DNA of 64,000 bases from an uncultured Candidatus Saccharibacteria bacterium. Its GTDB lineage: Bacteria; Patescibacteriota; WWE3; 2-01-FULL-39-13. Where the stretch lies: contig CAZEDS010000001.1 in the NCBI GenBank assembly GCA_964510925.1, positions 27,704-91,703 on the forward strand, in the 5' to 3' direction. Shown piece after piece: positions 20,530 to 30,495 of the stretch (positions are counted from its first letter, which is position 1; every line of letters begins with the position of its first letter). The notes beneath the pieces are model-generated. The model made no database searches. It was given only the letters and a program-made list of their open reading frames with translations, and was not told the origin of the DNA. Both the position numbers and the translations under genes were made by a program.

Positions 20530-21090
20530 ATGAGTTTACAAGAAGCAAAAGATACATTATTAGGAAATACGGAGAACGAATCTCAAGCTCCAGAAATAAT
20601 TAAACCAACTGAAGTAATTATAGAGTGGGAAGCACCTGAAAGAGTGTTCAAAAAACAACCTAGAGAATTCTTCAGAAGGATCGCTGTTATCATTTCGTTT
20701 TTTGTACTTTTGCTTTTCTTTATTAAAGAGTTCCTTGTTATTGCAGTCTTAGGCGTAGTATTTTTTGTAACCTACGTGTTTTATACAATACCTCCAAAAA
20801 ATGTTAAACACCAAATAACAAATAATGGAATTAATTATGGTGGACTGCATTTTTACAAATGGAAAGAACTATTAAACTTTTATTTTGAGCTTAGAAATGG
20901 TGCTGAAACACTAATATTCGGCACGGTAGACCCACTACCTGGAAGATTATTCCTTTTGCTAGATAAAAAGGTTGATAAAACAAAAATGCAAGAAATAATT
21001 AACAAACATATTTCAATTCTAGAAAATCCAGAACAAAACATGTATGAAGATTGGATGAAAAAAATTAGCTCTAGAATTAAAACTTCTTAA
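20530..21090 (+). CDS. Conserved hypothetical membrane protein
   Basis: W.APER, two TM helices, PP....IT..GI soluble tail. Confidence 0.75.
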   Translation: MSLQEAKDTLLGNTENESQAPEIIKPTEVIIEWEAPERVFKKQPREFFRRIAVIISFFVLLLFFIKEFLVIAVLGVVFFVTYVFYTIPPKNVKHQITNNGINYGGLHFYKWKELLNFYFELRNGAETLIFGTVDPLPGRLFLLLDKKVDKTKMQEIINKHISILENPEQNMYEDWMKKISSRIKTS

Positions 21091-21098
21091 TAAAAAAA

Positions 21099-21175
21099 TG
21101 GTGCACCCAGTAGGATTTGAACCTACGACCTCAACTTCCGCAAAGTTGCGCTCTATCCAGCTGAGCTATGAGTGC
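21099..21175 (-). tRNA. tRNA-Arg(GCG)
   Basis: GCACTCATAGCTCAGCTGGATAGAGCG-CAACT-TTGCGGA-AGTTG...GGGTGCACCA. Confidence 0.93.
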
Positions 21176-21284
21176 ACAATAGACGCTATTTTATCTCAAA
21201 TATCATTATATTGAAACGCCTAAGCAATTTCAGCCCACCGTAAAATGCATTATAATGACGATTACAAAGATCTCTATTCTAGCT

Positions 21285-21371
21285 GGAGAGGTGCAGGAGC
21301 GGTTGAACTGGCGGCTCTCGAAAAGCCTGCGTCCAAAAGACACGAGGGTTCGAACCCCTCCCTCTCCGCCA
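21285..21371 (+). tRNA. tRNA-Ser(CGA)
   Basis: GGAGAGGTGCAGGAGCGG...CTCGAAA..., variable arm, CCA. Confidence 0.92.
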
Positions 21372-21512
21372 TTTTTGTCTTTGAGCCAAAAGCGAAAAGC
21401 TACAAAAATGAGCGTGCCCCCTGAGGGTGCGCCTAGTTTTCCTTTGAGCCAAAAAGCAAAAAGCCACTAAAATGAGAGTGTCCCCTGAGGGTGAGCCTAG
21501 TTTTCCTTTGAG
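21372..21512 (+). repeat. tRNA-linked ~63-bp element family 2, two tandem copies plus start of a third
   Basis: ctttgag recurs at 21379, 21442, 21506; both units carry cccctgagggtg.gcctagttttc. Confidence 0.85.
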
Positions 21513-21541
21513 ACCAACAACAAAGCTTGTACACTATATTC

Positions 21542-22006
21542 ATGAATCAATTCACATTAAACACAGCTTTCTTCTCCCTAGGACTAATTTTTGCAGGTTT
21601 TATAATCGGCCTCGGAGCAGTAACCGTAATCGATATCCATGGATTTTTAGCACAAAAATCTAAATATTGGACAGAATCAACAATTCGAGCACACAAAGTC
21701 ACAAAGCCATTAATTTGGCTAGGAATTTTCCTTTTATCAATCGGAAAAATAATTTTATACCAAACTAAAGGCACATCCTATGTGAATGAATTAGATTTAA
21801 TTCTGATTTCAACATTAATCATCAACGGTTGTTTTTTAAGCTTTAACATAAGCCCAAAACTTTTAGCTCAAGAAAAAGTAGGGAAAATCGCACAGATACT
21901 TCCAACACAAATGCAAAACAAAATTAAAGTCAGCTTTATATTCTCCGTTATCGGATGGTGGGGATTATTTTTACTAACGGTTTTTAGAATCACTCAAAAC
22001 TTTTAA
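21542..22006 (+). CDS. Four-TM membrane protein
   Basis: GLGAVTVID.HG, H.VTKPLIW.G, NG.FL, S..GWWG. Confidence 0.75.
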   Translation: MNQFTLNTAFFSLGLIFAGFIIGLGAVTVIDIHGFLAQKSKYWTESTIRAHKVTKPLIWLGIFLLSIGKIILYQTKGTSYVNELDLILISTLIINGCFLSFNISPKLLAQEKVGKIAQILPTQMQNKIKVSFIFSVIGWWGLFLLTVFRITQNF

Positions 22007-22866
22007 GATACTAAAGAATTCAGATAGTCGAGCCTATCAAACGTAGGACGTTTATCATAGTCTCTTTCGAGGTCTTCTCTTTTATGTGGATCTAGTAGCA
22101 ATAAAGATGTTTCCATACCTGTACCACTAATAACCAAATTATCTTTGCCAAGCAAATCAATTGGCACTTCGTCCAACAAACCTTCTTGATTAGAACTAAA
22201 ATTCTCTAAAAATTTCTGAATTTGAAATTGCAATGCAGGATTTTCTTCAAATAACGATTGATACTCAGATCGGTTTGTTAGAAAAGCATCCCTTATAGGT
22301 GCGACAAAGGGTCTTGCGGTTGACACACGATTAAACCCTTTATTGTCCGCCCAAATAAAAGGCATCTCAGCGACAACATACTCATTCCCAAAAACTTTTG
22401 CATAATAATTACGCTCTGATAAGAGCCTATCTGCAAATAAATGTGCATCTACAAAATCTGGAAAACGACGACGATCAGTAGCGATTGCTGCAGAATACTG
22501 ATCATTTTCTGCATTCAAAAAATAAACAGTACTTTTAGTACCCGAGCCGATTCTTTTAAAAACCTGCCCATCTATTCCATCGGGAATATTTAAAGGCATC
22601 TTATCTACAAAATCTGTCTGCGAAGCCTTAAGGTATTTGTCGGAAGCATTTCTTGCAAGGATAGTGAAAACCACAGGACCAATAGATCTCAGAAAACCAC
22701 GCCTTTGACGCGAATTATATAAAATCTCCTTAAAAGTTGCTCCCTCAAGCAAATCACCAAGATCAACTGCACGCTCCTTATAGCCTATTATTTTATTAGC
22801 ACCAGGAATACCAGAATCAGGAACTTTCTCTGTAAGATCCAAAATAGACTCAACAGCTCTATGCAT
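22003..22866 (-). CDS. Hypothetical protein, possible kinase-like fold
   Basis: IGSGTKSTVY Gly-loop, DLLGKDNLV (DxxxxxN), LLLLD. Confidence 0.5.
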   Translation of the reverse strand: MHRAVESILDLTEKVPDSGIPGANKIIGYKERAVDLGDLLEGATFKEILYNSRQRRGFLRSIGPVVFTILARNASDKYLKASQTDFVDKMPLNIPDGIDGQVFKRIGSGTKSTVYFLNAENDQYSAAIATDRRRFPDFVDAHLFADRLLSERNYYAKVFGNEYVVAEMPFIWADNKGFNRVSTARPFVAPIRDAFLTNRSEYQSLFEENPALQFQIQKFLENFSSNQEGLLDEVPIDLLGKDNLVISGTGMETSLLLLDPHKREDLERDYDKRPTFDRLDYLNSLVS

Positions 22867-22905
22867 AGATAAAGGTTACCATTTTATTTAAAACAGAATT
22901 TCGAT

Positions 22906-23982
22906 TTAGCCCAAAATCTCTGCCATCTGTTTTAGCATTCCGATTACAACCGGATGTGGCAATAAGCTATAAGAATCAATACCATTATCATCTTTTATAG
23001 TCCATTTTGATTCATGTGTTATAACTTTTTGATTAGCTTCGTCCCATTCATAGCTGTATCCTGGTGTAATTTCGTAGTCATCAAAATTATCATTTGCAAC
23101 AGCAGCTGGAATATTATTTCTTAACAAAATTTTTGGAACACCATGAATATTAAAAATCATTTTCATGATATCTTCATCTTTAGCTAAACGATCACGAATA
23201 GGTTCGATACCTAATGAATCACCTTCTTTTGGAACCATTCTCTCTGTTCCGCAACCTGTGCATTCTGAATTATCACAAATCAAATAAAATTCTTCTTTTT
23301 CCTTATCGTATCCAACATTCTTCGTTGTTAAACATTTTGTATTTCTTGGAGTTTTACAAATTGGACAAATAACACGATATTTTATACGCTCCTCAATGAT
23401 TGATTCTGCTACGTCCAATAAAATAAACATATCTGGATCTTCTCGATAATTTATTAAGTCTCTAAAATACAATGAATATGAAATTTGATCCATTTCACGT
23501 GGCAAGCCATCAATAAATAAAGTCTTACCTTCATGTTTCGCAATATTATATTTTAATAAGGCTAAAATAAATTCTGTTGGAAGCAATCCTGACTGTGATC
23601 TACCATGCAATCTTTCTACAGCTTCATCAAAAGAAATAAAACCTCTGTAGTGTTTTTTTAGATCTTTAAATTCTTCGCTTTTTTCAAATTCAGACCAATT
23701 CGCATGAATATCTCGTACACAATCCCCTACTGAAACATGTGCAATTTTATCCATGCCAAAAATCTCACCAAAAATTTTAGAATAAGTTCCTTTGCCTGCA
23801 TTCTTTTTACCAACCATATTTGCAATAAAAGTATGGTCTTTCATGTAATCACGAATCTTTGCGATTTCATTTCCAGCTTTAGCTAAAAAATATTCTTTAC
23901 GTTGATCCGCTTGAGATAAGTCAAACTTTTTAGTTAAACCTTCTACTTTGGTTGAGATAATTGGGAATTCTAAATTTTTCAT
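22906..23982 (-). CDS. adk: Adenylate kinase-like protein (extended, Cys-rich lid)
   Basis: GKKNAGKGT P-loop, HVSVGD, DGLPR..Q, RVICPIC...C....C. Confidence 0.75.
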   Translation of the reverse strand: MKNLEFPIISTKVEGLTKKFDLSQADQRKEYFLAKAGNEIAKIRDYMKDHTFIANMVGKKNAGKGTYSKIFGEIFGMDKIAHVSVGDCVRDIHANWSEFEKSEEFKDLKKHYRGFISFDEAVERLHGRSQSGLLPTEFILALLKYNIAKHEGKTLFIDGLPREMDQISYSLYFRDLINYREDPDMFILLDVAESIIEERIKYRVICPICKTPRNTKCLTTKNVGYDKEKEEFYLICDNSECTGCGTERMVPKEGDSLGIEPIRDRLAKDEDIMKMIFNIHGVPKILLRNNIPAAVANDNFDDYEITPGYSYEWDEANQKVITHESKWTIKDDNGIDSYSLLPHPVVIGMLKQMAEILG

Positions 23983-24028
23983 ATTGCGTGTATTATAGCC
24001 TTTTTGTAAATTCTTAGAAAGACAGATC

Positions 24029-25021
24029 TCAAAGATTTATTCCCATCGCATCTTTTACTTGAGACATTGTCTTGTCTGCTTCTGTTAAAGCGATACTAGT
24101 ACCTGCGGCTAAGATTTCTCTTAATTTATTTTTGTCATCGTATTTTGCACGGCGCTCACGAATTGGTTCTAAAAATTTATCTAAAGCTAAAAATAATTTT
24201 TGCTTAACCTCAACATCGCCAACTTTTCCTTGTGCATAACGAGTTTTAAGATCTAAAACTTCATCAACATTTGGATTAAAAATATCGTGATACAGAAAAA
24301 CTGGATTTCCTTCGACTTTTCCAGGATCAGTTGCACGAACACGACTTGGATCTGTATACATGCTCATAATCTTAGTTTTTAAATCCTCAGAAGTTTCTTT
24401 CAAAAAAATACAGTTACCAAGAGATTTGCTCATTTTTGCATTGTTATCCAAACCTACTAAACGCCCAGTTTTACCAACCAAAGCCTCTGGCTCAGGAAAA
24501 ATTTCACCATAAATAGAATTAAATTTGCGTACAATTTCTCGAGTTTGTTCGATATGTGGAACTTGATCTTCACCGACTGGAACCAAATTAGCTTTTACAA
24601 TCGTAATATCAGCAGCCTGCGAAACAGGATACATAAAAAATCCTAGTGGCATAGATTCATCAAATTGCTTTTTTGATTTAGATTCATCCTTAACAGTAGG
24701 GTTTCTTTCTAACCTCGCCATCGTCACAAGATTCGCATAAAAAATAGTAAGCTCTGCAATTTGTGGAATAGCCGACTGCAAAAAGAATGTAACTTTTTCA
24801 GGATCCAAACCGACCGCAATGTTATCCAACAAAACTTCTAAAGTATTTTCGCTAACTTTTTTTGGATTATCAAAGTTATCAGTCAATGCTTGTACATTAG
24901 CAACCATCACAAAAGTTTCGTATTCATCCTGTAACCTAACACGATTCTGCAAAGAACCTACAAAATGTCCTAAATGTAATGAACCCGTTGGTCGATCTCC
25001 GGTTAAAATACGCTTTTTCAT
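24029..25021 (-). CDS. trpS: Tryptophanyl-tRNA synthetase
   Basis: TGDRPTG.LHLGH, QAADI, VPVGEDQ, KMSKS. Confidence 0.98.
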   Translation of the reverse strand: MKKRILTGDRPTGSLHLGHFVGSLQNRVRLQDEYETFVMVANVQALTDNFDNPKKVSENTLEVLLDNIAVGLDPEKVTFFLQSAIPQIAELTIFYANLVTMARLERNPTVKDESKSKKQFDESMPLGFFMYPVSQAADITIVKANLVPVGEDQVPHIEQTREIVRKFNSIYGEIFPEPEALVGKTGRLVGLDNNAKMSKSLGNCIFLKETSEDLKTKIMSMYTDPSRVRATDPGKVEGNPVFLYHDIFNPNVDEVLDLKTRYAQGKVGDVEVKQKLFLALDKFLEPIRERRAKYDDKNKLREILAAGTSIALTEADKTMSQVKDAMGINL

Positions 25022-25063
25022 AATAAATGGATTATAAGCCATATCAATTAAAATTTATAATTT

Positions 25064-25972
25064 ATGGAAAATATCTGTACAATAATATTATTGAACAACA
25101 AAAAAGTACTAACAATCTATCCAAATCAATGGCAGAAATATAACGAAGTTAACTCGTTTATCCCGGAATTAACACCACAATTATCCACAAGAGAACAATG
25201 CTTGAGTGATCCAAATTCAGTAATCGAAGCCAGAAATAAATGGACAACAGAATATTTCGACTATTTAAAAACACTAAAAGGATATACCCCAAATAAACCT
25301 TGTAATGTAATAAAAGCCGAAAAAGATCAAGATAATACCTTAAAATTATTTGATCCATACGGAGGTGATTTACTACAAGACGTATTACCAACAGTTCAAA
25401 TAATTGAAACCCAAAAACAAACACAAAATAAAATTGCGCATTTATTTGAAAACAAAATAGAAGTAAACCGATTAGCACTTGAAGTGCCTTTCAATGGAAT
25501 TATTGGATTAGGGCATGAATTTGGCCATTTTCTTGATCCTCAAGGTTTAGTAATGCAAGCAGAAAGGGAAATGAATGGAGAAAAATTCAAACAAATGGAA
25601 CCTGGTTTAGATCGAATATTTTTTACAAACGATTATCTTCTCAAGCCAAAATTAGTCGGAGAAGCTCGAGCTTGGCATTACGCCAATCCGCTTTTCGATT
25701 TTTGGTCCCTACCTGAAAGTACTACAGAATATATTCGAAATCAGGATTTAGGTGGCTACTTTAATTATTGGCAACCAGCAGCAATAACAGCCGAAGTCTA
25801 TGCAGCACAAAAATCAGGTATTGAGGTAGATCTTTCAACTGGGCTATCGATTCTAGATAGTCAATTAAATCAACAAACATTACCACTAGGGACAATCGTG
25901 GATTCATTTACAAATACTTATACAAAAATGGGGATGACAAATATTGCAGAAGCATTAGATGCTTTTGTATAG
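25064..25972 (+). CDS. Hypothetical protein with HExxH zincin-like motif
   Basis: GHEFGH followed by E.RAW..A. Confidence 0.55.
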   Translation: MENICTIILLNNKKVLTIYPNQWQKYNEVNSFIPELTPQLSTREQCLSDPNSVIEARNKWTTEYFDYLKTLKGYTPNKPCNVIKAEKDQDNTLKLFDPYGGDLLQDVLPTVQIIETQKQTQNKIAHLFENKIEVNRLALEVPFNGIIGLGHEFGHFLDPQGLVMQAEREMNGEKFKQMEPGLDRIFFTNDYLLKPKLVGEARAWHYANPLFDFWSLPESTTEYIRNQDLGGYFNYWQPAAITAEVYAAQKSGIEVDLSTGLSILDSQLNQQTLPLGTIVDSFTNTYTKMGMTNIAEALDAFV

Positions 25973-25984
25973 AAAAAACTGTGC

Positions 25985-26614
25985 TCAACTTCCACTAAAA
26001 GCCTGAGCGATTGCAACTGCAGGGTCATCATTATCATTCACAATATATTTTAAGTTAAAGGCGTCATGAATATCACCTCTTGCACCAGCCAAACAAAATA
26101 TTCTTTTTTCAGGCGGTAACTGATCAGAACCTAAAAACCCAGCATATCCAGAAAAATAATTATTCTTAGCACAAAGGCTAATAAGTTCCAATGAATCATT
26201 AGGCTTTAAATGATAATCATTAAAATAATACCCAGGAAATAAACAAATACTTTCATCTTGCTCGGGATTAAAAAAAAATGTATGACCGCCACCACGAGAT
26301 TCTCTAGAATTAAAAATATAACCAGAAACGACATCAAAACCAAGCAATCCGCTAAATGCTACGTGATCATTTTCTAAGATATTCAAAACAGATGTTAGTC
26401 GCATTTCAGAAAGATGCCGAACCGCAGCTGAATATGGATTAAATGAAGATTTAGCCATATTAATGTGTAGATATTCTCGATAATAATTAGCAGCTAGTTC
26501 AGATGCAGAGCAAACAATAAGCTCATTCATTGCAGACAAAGTATTTAACCCTTCTCTCAAAGTCGGGCTTTGGACCTCATTAAAATGGCATATGCCAGAT
26601 TGTTCGTTTTGCAT
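25985..26614 (-). CDS. Hypothetical protein
   Basis: 209-aa ORF filling the gap; no recognised family. Confidence 0.6.
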   Translation of the reverse strand: MQNEQSGICHFNEVQSPTLREGLNTLSAMNELIVCSASELAANYYREYLHINMAKSSFNPYSAAVRHLSEMRLTSVLNILENDHVAFSGLLGFDVVSGYIFNSRESRGGGHTFFFNPEQDESICLFPGYYFNDYHLKPNDSLELISLCAKNNYFSGYAGFLGSDQLPPEKRIFCLAGARGDIHDAFNLKYIVNDNDDPAVAIAQAFSGS

Positions 26615-26642
26615 TTATAAAGAAGGAGGAAAAAATACAACT

Positions 26643-26719
26643 TGGTAGCGGCGGGTGGGTTCGAACCACCGACCTCAGCGTTATGAGTGCTGTGCTCTAA
26701 CCAACTGAGCTACGCCGCC
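26643..26719 (-). tRNA. tRNA-Met(CAT), elongator type
   Basis: GGCGGCGTAGCTCAGTTGG...CTCATAA...CGCCGCTACCA. Confidence 0.92.
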
Positions 26720-26812
26720 AAAATCTTCACAATTTTAGCATCCCAAAGCATTTGCACAAAGCAATACGTGCCAAGCATAGAAAACTTTATAGCTTCAGAT
26801 ATAATTCGATAT

Positions 26813-27226
26813 ATGCCCATAAGAGATTTGATTGAAAATTTAAAAGATCTTCCAAAACCTTCAATCACTCAGCTAATAATTACGGTTATACTGTTATATC
26901 TACTCTCAAACAACGTACAATCCCTCTTAAATTACCGAAACGGCCTAAAAAGACTTGAAGACAAAACAAATGCTATTAACCAATTAGAGTCAAAAAACTC
27001 AGAAATCAAAGGACAAATAGCAAACACCGAAACAAGCGAATTCCTATACAAAGCTGCAGTAGATCAACTAAATTTATCAAAGCCAGGAGAAAAAATACTA
27101 ATTCTTGAAAATCCAAATAACCAAGATTCTGAATTCAAAACCAACCAAGACAACTCACAAGACAAAGAAAACAACCCTAACCAAACCAATAATTTTCAAA
27201 AATGGATAAAAAGCTTCAATCTCTAA
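26813..27226 (+). CDS. Septum formation initiator FtsB/DivIC-like
   Basis: TM, coiled coil, then E.L...A..QLNL.KPGE. Confidence 0.75.
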   Translation: MPIRDLIENLKDLPKPSITQLIITVILLYLLSNNVQSLLNYRNGLKRLEDKTNAINQLESKNSEIKGQIANTETSEFLYKAAVDQLNLSKPGEKILILENPNNQDSEFKTNQDNSQDKENNPNQTNNFQKWIKSFNL

Positions 27227-27302
27227 AAAGCCTCTAGATTAAAGCTTTATCAATAATTGTCCGTGCAAAATATGTCAAAATAGGCTAGAATAGCCTAGAT
27301 GC

Positions 27303-27377
27303 CGCGGGGTGGTGAAGTAGTTATCATGTGAGGCTCATAATCTCAAGACCTAGGTGCAAATCCTGGCCCCGCAACCA
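27303..27377 (+). tRNA. Initiator tRNA-fMet(CAT), divergent
   Basis: CGCGGGG...CCCCGCAACCA with C1xA72 mismatch; anticodon arm TGAGG-CTCATAA-TCTCA. Confidence 0.9.
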
Positions 27378-27425
27378 AAAGAATTGTCCTTCAGATCTTT
27401 GGCAAAGCCAAAGATATCCAGCCCA

Positions 27426-27454
27426 TTGACACATACTCTAGGCATGAATAAACT
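27426..27454 (+). promoter_or_regulatory. Putative sigma70 promoter upstream of the recombinase
   Basis: TTGACA-17 bp-TAAACT; a second TGTATAAT lies near 27515. Confidence 0.5.
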
Positions 27455-27568
27455 CACCTTATAGCCAAGCAAAGAAGTTATAAAAACTTTGATGCAAAAC
27501 TTAGAATTAGACAGTGTATAATTTCGTCCTAGCCTTTTTTCTTGCCAAAAGAATGCTGAAAAAAATTT

Positions 27569-28438
27569 ATGTTGCTTTTTAAAGCTCGTGATCAATTTGT
27601 AAATTATTTAAAAACAAAAAAAAGAGCAGAGGCAACTCTGATTGCATACTCTAAAGATATACTACAGCTAGTAGAATACCTAGATAAAAACGGAGTCAAA
27701 GACTCAAAAAGTCTTAAAAAAGCTGATCTCGAAGATTTCTTAAAATATCTTGCAGAAAACGGATATACAAAAAAAACAATCTCTCGAAAAATAAATGCTA
27801 TAAAAACATTCTGCAAATATGTTTTGGAGCAAAACGAAATGAAAGAAGATCCAGCATCTTCAATAATGCACCCAAAACTTGAGCAAAATGCACCAAGGAT
27901 CCTAACCAGAATTGAATATCGAGCACTTAGAGATACCGTCAAAGATGACGTTCGTACAAAAGCTATCGTAGAAATACTTTTGCAAACAGGTATAAAAATA
28001 CATGAACTTGCAAACATGAAAATCACAGATATTACATTTACAGCAGAAAACCAACCAGGCATATTACATGTTAGAGCTTCGAGCTCAAGTGGCCCAAGAG
28101 AAATCCCACTAAACATGGCTGTACAAGACGCAATTAAAGAATATCTAAAAGAACGACCTCAATCAGATCTAGAAAATCTGTTTGTAACAAAAACAGGAAA
28201 ATCATTATTGATAAGAAATATCCGTGCAACACTTGACCGATATTTCAAACAAATAAATCTAAACGACATTACAGTAAATGATTTAAGACATACTTTTATT
28301 GCCGAGCATTTAGTAAGAGGTGCAAGTGTATTGCTTGTTTCTAAAATTGCTGGTCACAAAAGACTATCAACGACAGAAAACTATCTAAAATATATTGATA
28401 GAAAAGAATCAGGACTTGGAGTACTAGAAGAACTTTAA
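27569..28438 (+). CDS. Tyrosine recombinase, XerC/XerD-like
   Basis: SAM-like N-domain (T..AY..D, TISRK), TGIKIHEL, NDLRHTF, GH...STT..Y. Confidence 0.88.
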   Translation: MLLFKARDQFVNYLKTKKRAEATLIAYSKDILQLVEYLDKNGVKDSKSLKKADLEDFLKYLAENGYTKKTISRKINAIKTFCKYVLEQNEMKEDPASSIMHPKLEQNAPRILTRIEYRALRDTVKDDVRTKAIVEILLQTGIKIHELANMKITDITFTAENQPGILHVRASSSSGPREIPLNMAVQDAIKEYLKERPQSDLENLFVTKTGKSLLIRNIRATLDRYFKQINLNDITVNDLRHTFIAEHLVRGASVLLVSKIAGHKRLSTTENYLKYIDRKESGLGVLEEL

Positions 28439-28439
28439 A

Positions 28440-28937
28440 TTACTTCTTAACGATTGGTGATAAATCTAATTTATCGCCAATTTTAAGACCAAGCTCTTTT
28501 GATTGTCCACCATTTAACTCAATAACATATTTAGCAGGTCTTATTCCAGGAATAACACTAGAACAAATAGCCGAAACTATATTGCTGCATGGTTGTGCAT
28601 TTTCTTTAATAAAAACAATTTCACCTGAGTCATTAATCCAAATCATATCTAATGCAATTTTTGTATCTTTCATCCAAAATGGATAAATACCACTGGAATC
28701 AAAAATAAAAAGCATTCCTTCATTAATTGGCATAAAAGACTTGTTCATCAAACCGATCGTGCGTTTTTCAGGTGTATCCGCAAGTTCTAGTTCATAAGTT
28801 TTTTCCGCAAGAACAAATGAAATCCTATTTTTTGCACTGTTATCTTTTGGTGTATTAATTAACAAAAATTTAGATATAACAAAAACCAAAAGTATAAATA
28901 AAAATGCATAACCAACCCACATTAAAATTGAAGACAT
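28440..28937 (-). CDS. DUF192 family protein
   Basis: ELADT.EKR..GLM, GMLFIF, FWMKDT..LD, YVIELNGG. Confidence 0.92.
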   Translation of the reverse strand: MSSILMWVGYAFLFILLVFVISKFLLINTPKDNSAKNRISFVLAEKTYELELADTPEKRTIGLMNKSFMPINEGMLFIFDSSGIYPFWMKDTKIALDMIWINDSGEIVFIKENAQPCSNIVSAICSSVIPGIRPAKYVIELNGGQSKELGLKIGDKLDLSPIVKK

Positions 28938-28938
28938 T

Positions 28939-30447
28939 TTAATAGAGCTCCTTGTATTTTGTTTCAAGGTATTTTTTCCATGCATCAGCATTAAAATTTT
29001 TACCTAATTGTTTACCAACTAATTCATTAAAAGTATAAGTTGAACCATACTGATGTATGTTAATTTTTAACCAATCTTTTATTTTAGAAAAACCTCCATC
29101 AGATAAAATTAAAGAATCAATAGAACCAAGTTCCGATTCGAGTTTTTCTTTCCACATAGCACTCAAAACAGTTCCTGTAGAATAAGTTGGAAAATAACCG
29201 ATCGACCCACCAGACCAATGAATATCCTGTAAGATACCAGTTCTAAAATCTGTAGGTTCAACACCAAGATATTCTTTGTATTTTGCATTCCAAACTTTTG
29301 GTGCATCACGAACAGTTATCTCTTTGTTAAGAAGCATTTGCTCCATTTCAAAACGTATCATTATATGAAAATGGTACGTAACCTCATCGGCTTCGACTCT
29401 AATCAAATCTGGGTTAACCCGATTAAAATAAAAATAAAAATCATCAACCGTATAATTTTTAAATTCTGGAGAGAGTTCTAAAAGATCAGCATAAATCAAT
29501 TTTAAAAATGGTTTTGACCGACAAACAAAATTTTCCCAAAATCGAGATTGAGATTCATGCAACCCCAAACTTTCAGCACCAACAATTGGTGAATACGCCA
29601 ACGCTGGATCACACTGAATTTCAAAAAGAGCATGACCATATTCATGCAAAGTTGCTGCAAGATTTTTACGTATATCTGCATCATGATACCAAGTGGTAAT
29701 TCTTGCATGTGAAGGTGGAAAACCTTGTGTAAATGGATGTGATGAAACATCCAAACGCAAAACATCATTACCGGTACCAAGCATATTTAAGATTTTTGAG
29801 TTCAAAGCCTCAAGTTTTGTACGATCATATTTAACAAGTTCCAATGGATGTTGTTTAATAAATTTTGGAGAAGCTTTTATATAAGCTAAAAGTTCTTTTA
29901 AAAAAGGCTTTATCGATTCAAAGTAATCTTTAATTTCTTGAGTCGTTAATCCGTATTCATAATCCTCAACCAAAGCATCATACTTATCATTCTTAAAACC
30001 TTTGTAATCAGCTTTGCGAATCGTAAGCTCAACAATTTTTTCTAAATGCGGAGCAAAATATTCAAAATCATTATTTAATTTTGCCTGAGACCAAGCAACC
30101 TGACTTTGAGTTACTTCACGGCTAAACTCTTCAACAAATTCTTTTGGAAATTTTTTGAATGAATCAATGGATTGTCCAACAACACGCAAAACAGCTTTTT
30201 CAGAATCGTTCAAATCAGATTGAGATTTTGCTGATTCATAAAGCTCTAAAAATTTATTATTCAAATAAAAACTTTGAATCAACGACGCAGCTTTAGACAA
30301 TGCTTCACCCTGATCTGATGCACCATTTTTTGGCATACAAACCTCAATATCCCAACCTGCAAGATTACTCAAATAACTTAACGCCCAAATATTTTTATAT
30401 TCAGAAACAAGTTCAATGATTTTTTGGTTTTGAAATGGATTAGTCAT
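28939..30447 (-). CDS. M32 carboxypeptidase (Taq type)
   Basis: HPF, HEYGH, HESQS, IRVEADE, QDIHW, GYFPTY. Confidence 0.95.
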   Translation of the reverse strand: MTNPFQNQKIIELVSEYKNIWALSYLSNLAGWDIEVCMPKNGASDQGEALSKAASLIQSFYLNNKFLELYESAKSQSDLNDSEKAVLRVVGQSIDSFKKFPKEFVEEFSREVTQSQVAWSQAKLNNDFEYFAPHLEKIVELTIRKADYKGFKNDKYDALVEDYEYGLTTQEIKDYFESIKPFLKELLAYIKASPKFIKQHPLELVKYDRTKLEALNSKILNMLGTGNDVLRLDVSSHPFTQGFPPSHARITTWYHDADIRKNLAATLHEYGHALFEIQCDPALAYSPIVGAESLGLHESQSRFWENFVCRSKPFLKLIYADLLELSPEFKNYTVDDFYFYFNRVNPDLIRVEADEVTYHFHIMIRFEMEQMLLNKEITVRDAPKVWNAKYKEYLGVEPTDFRTGILQDIHWSGGSIGYFPTYSTGTVLSAMWKEKLESELGSIDSLILSDGGFSKIKDWLKINIHQYGSTYTFNELVGKQLGKNFNADAWKKYLETKYKELY

Positions 30448-30495
30448 GTACTAATTATAAAACATTTAAATCAGCAATGACTCACAAAGCACAAC

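Noticed and set aside
21372-21512. CRISPR array
   Set aside because: Whole units are repeated with no unique spacers and no cas genes
27395-27415. atctttggc-aaa-gccaaagat hairpin after tRNA-fMet as a family-2 copy
   Set aside because: It shares only the GC-AAA-GC loop; the rest does not align
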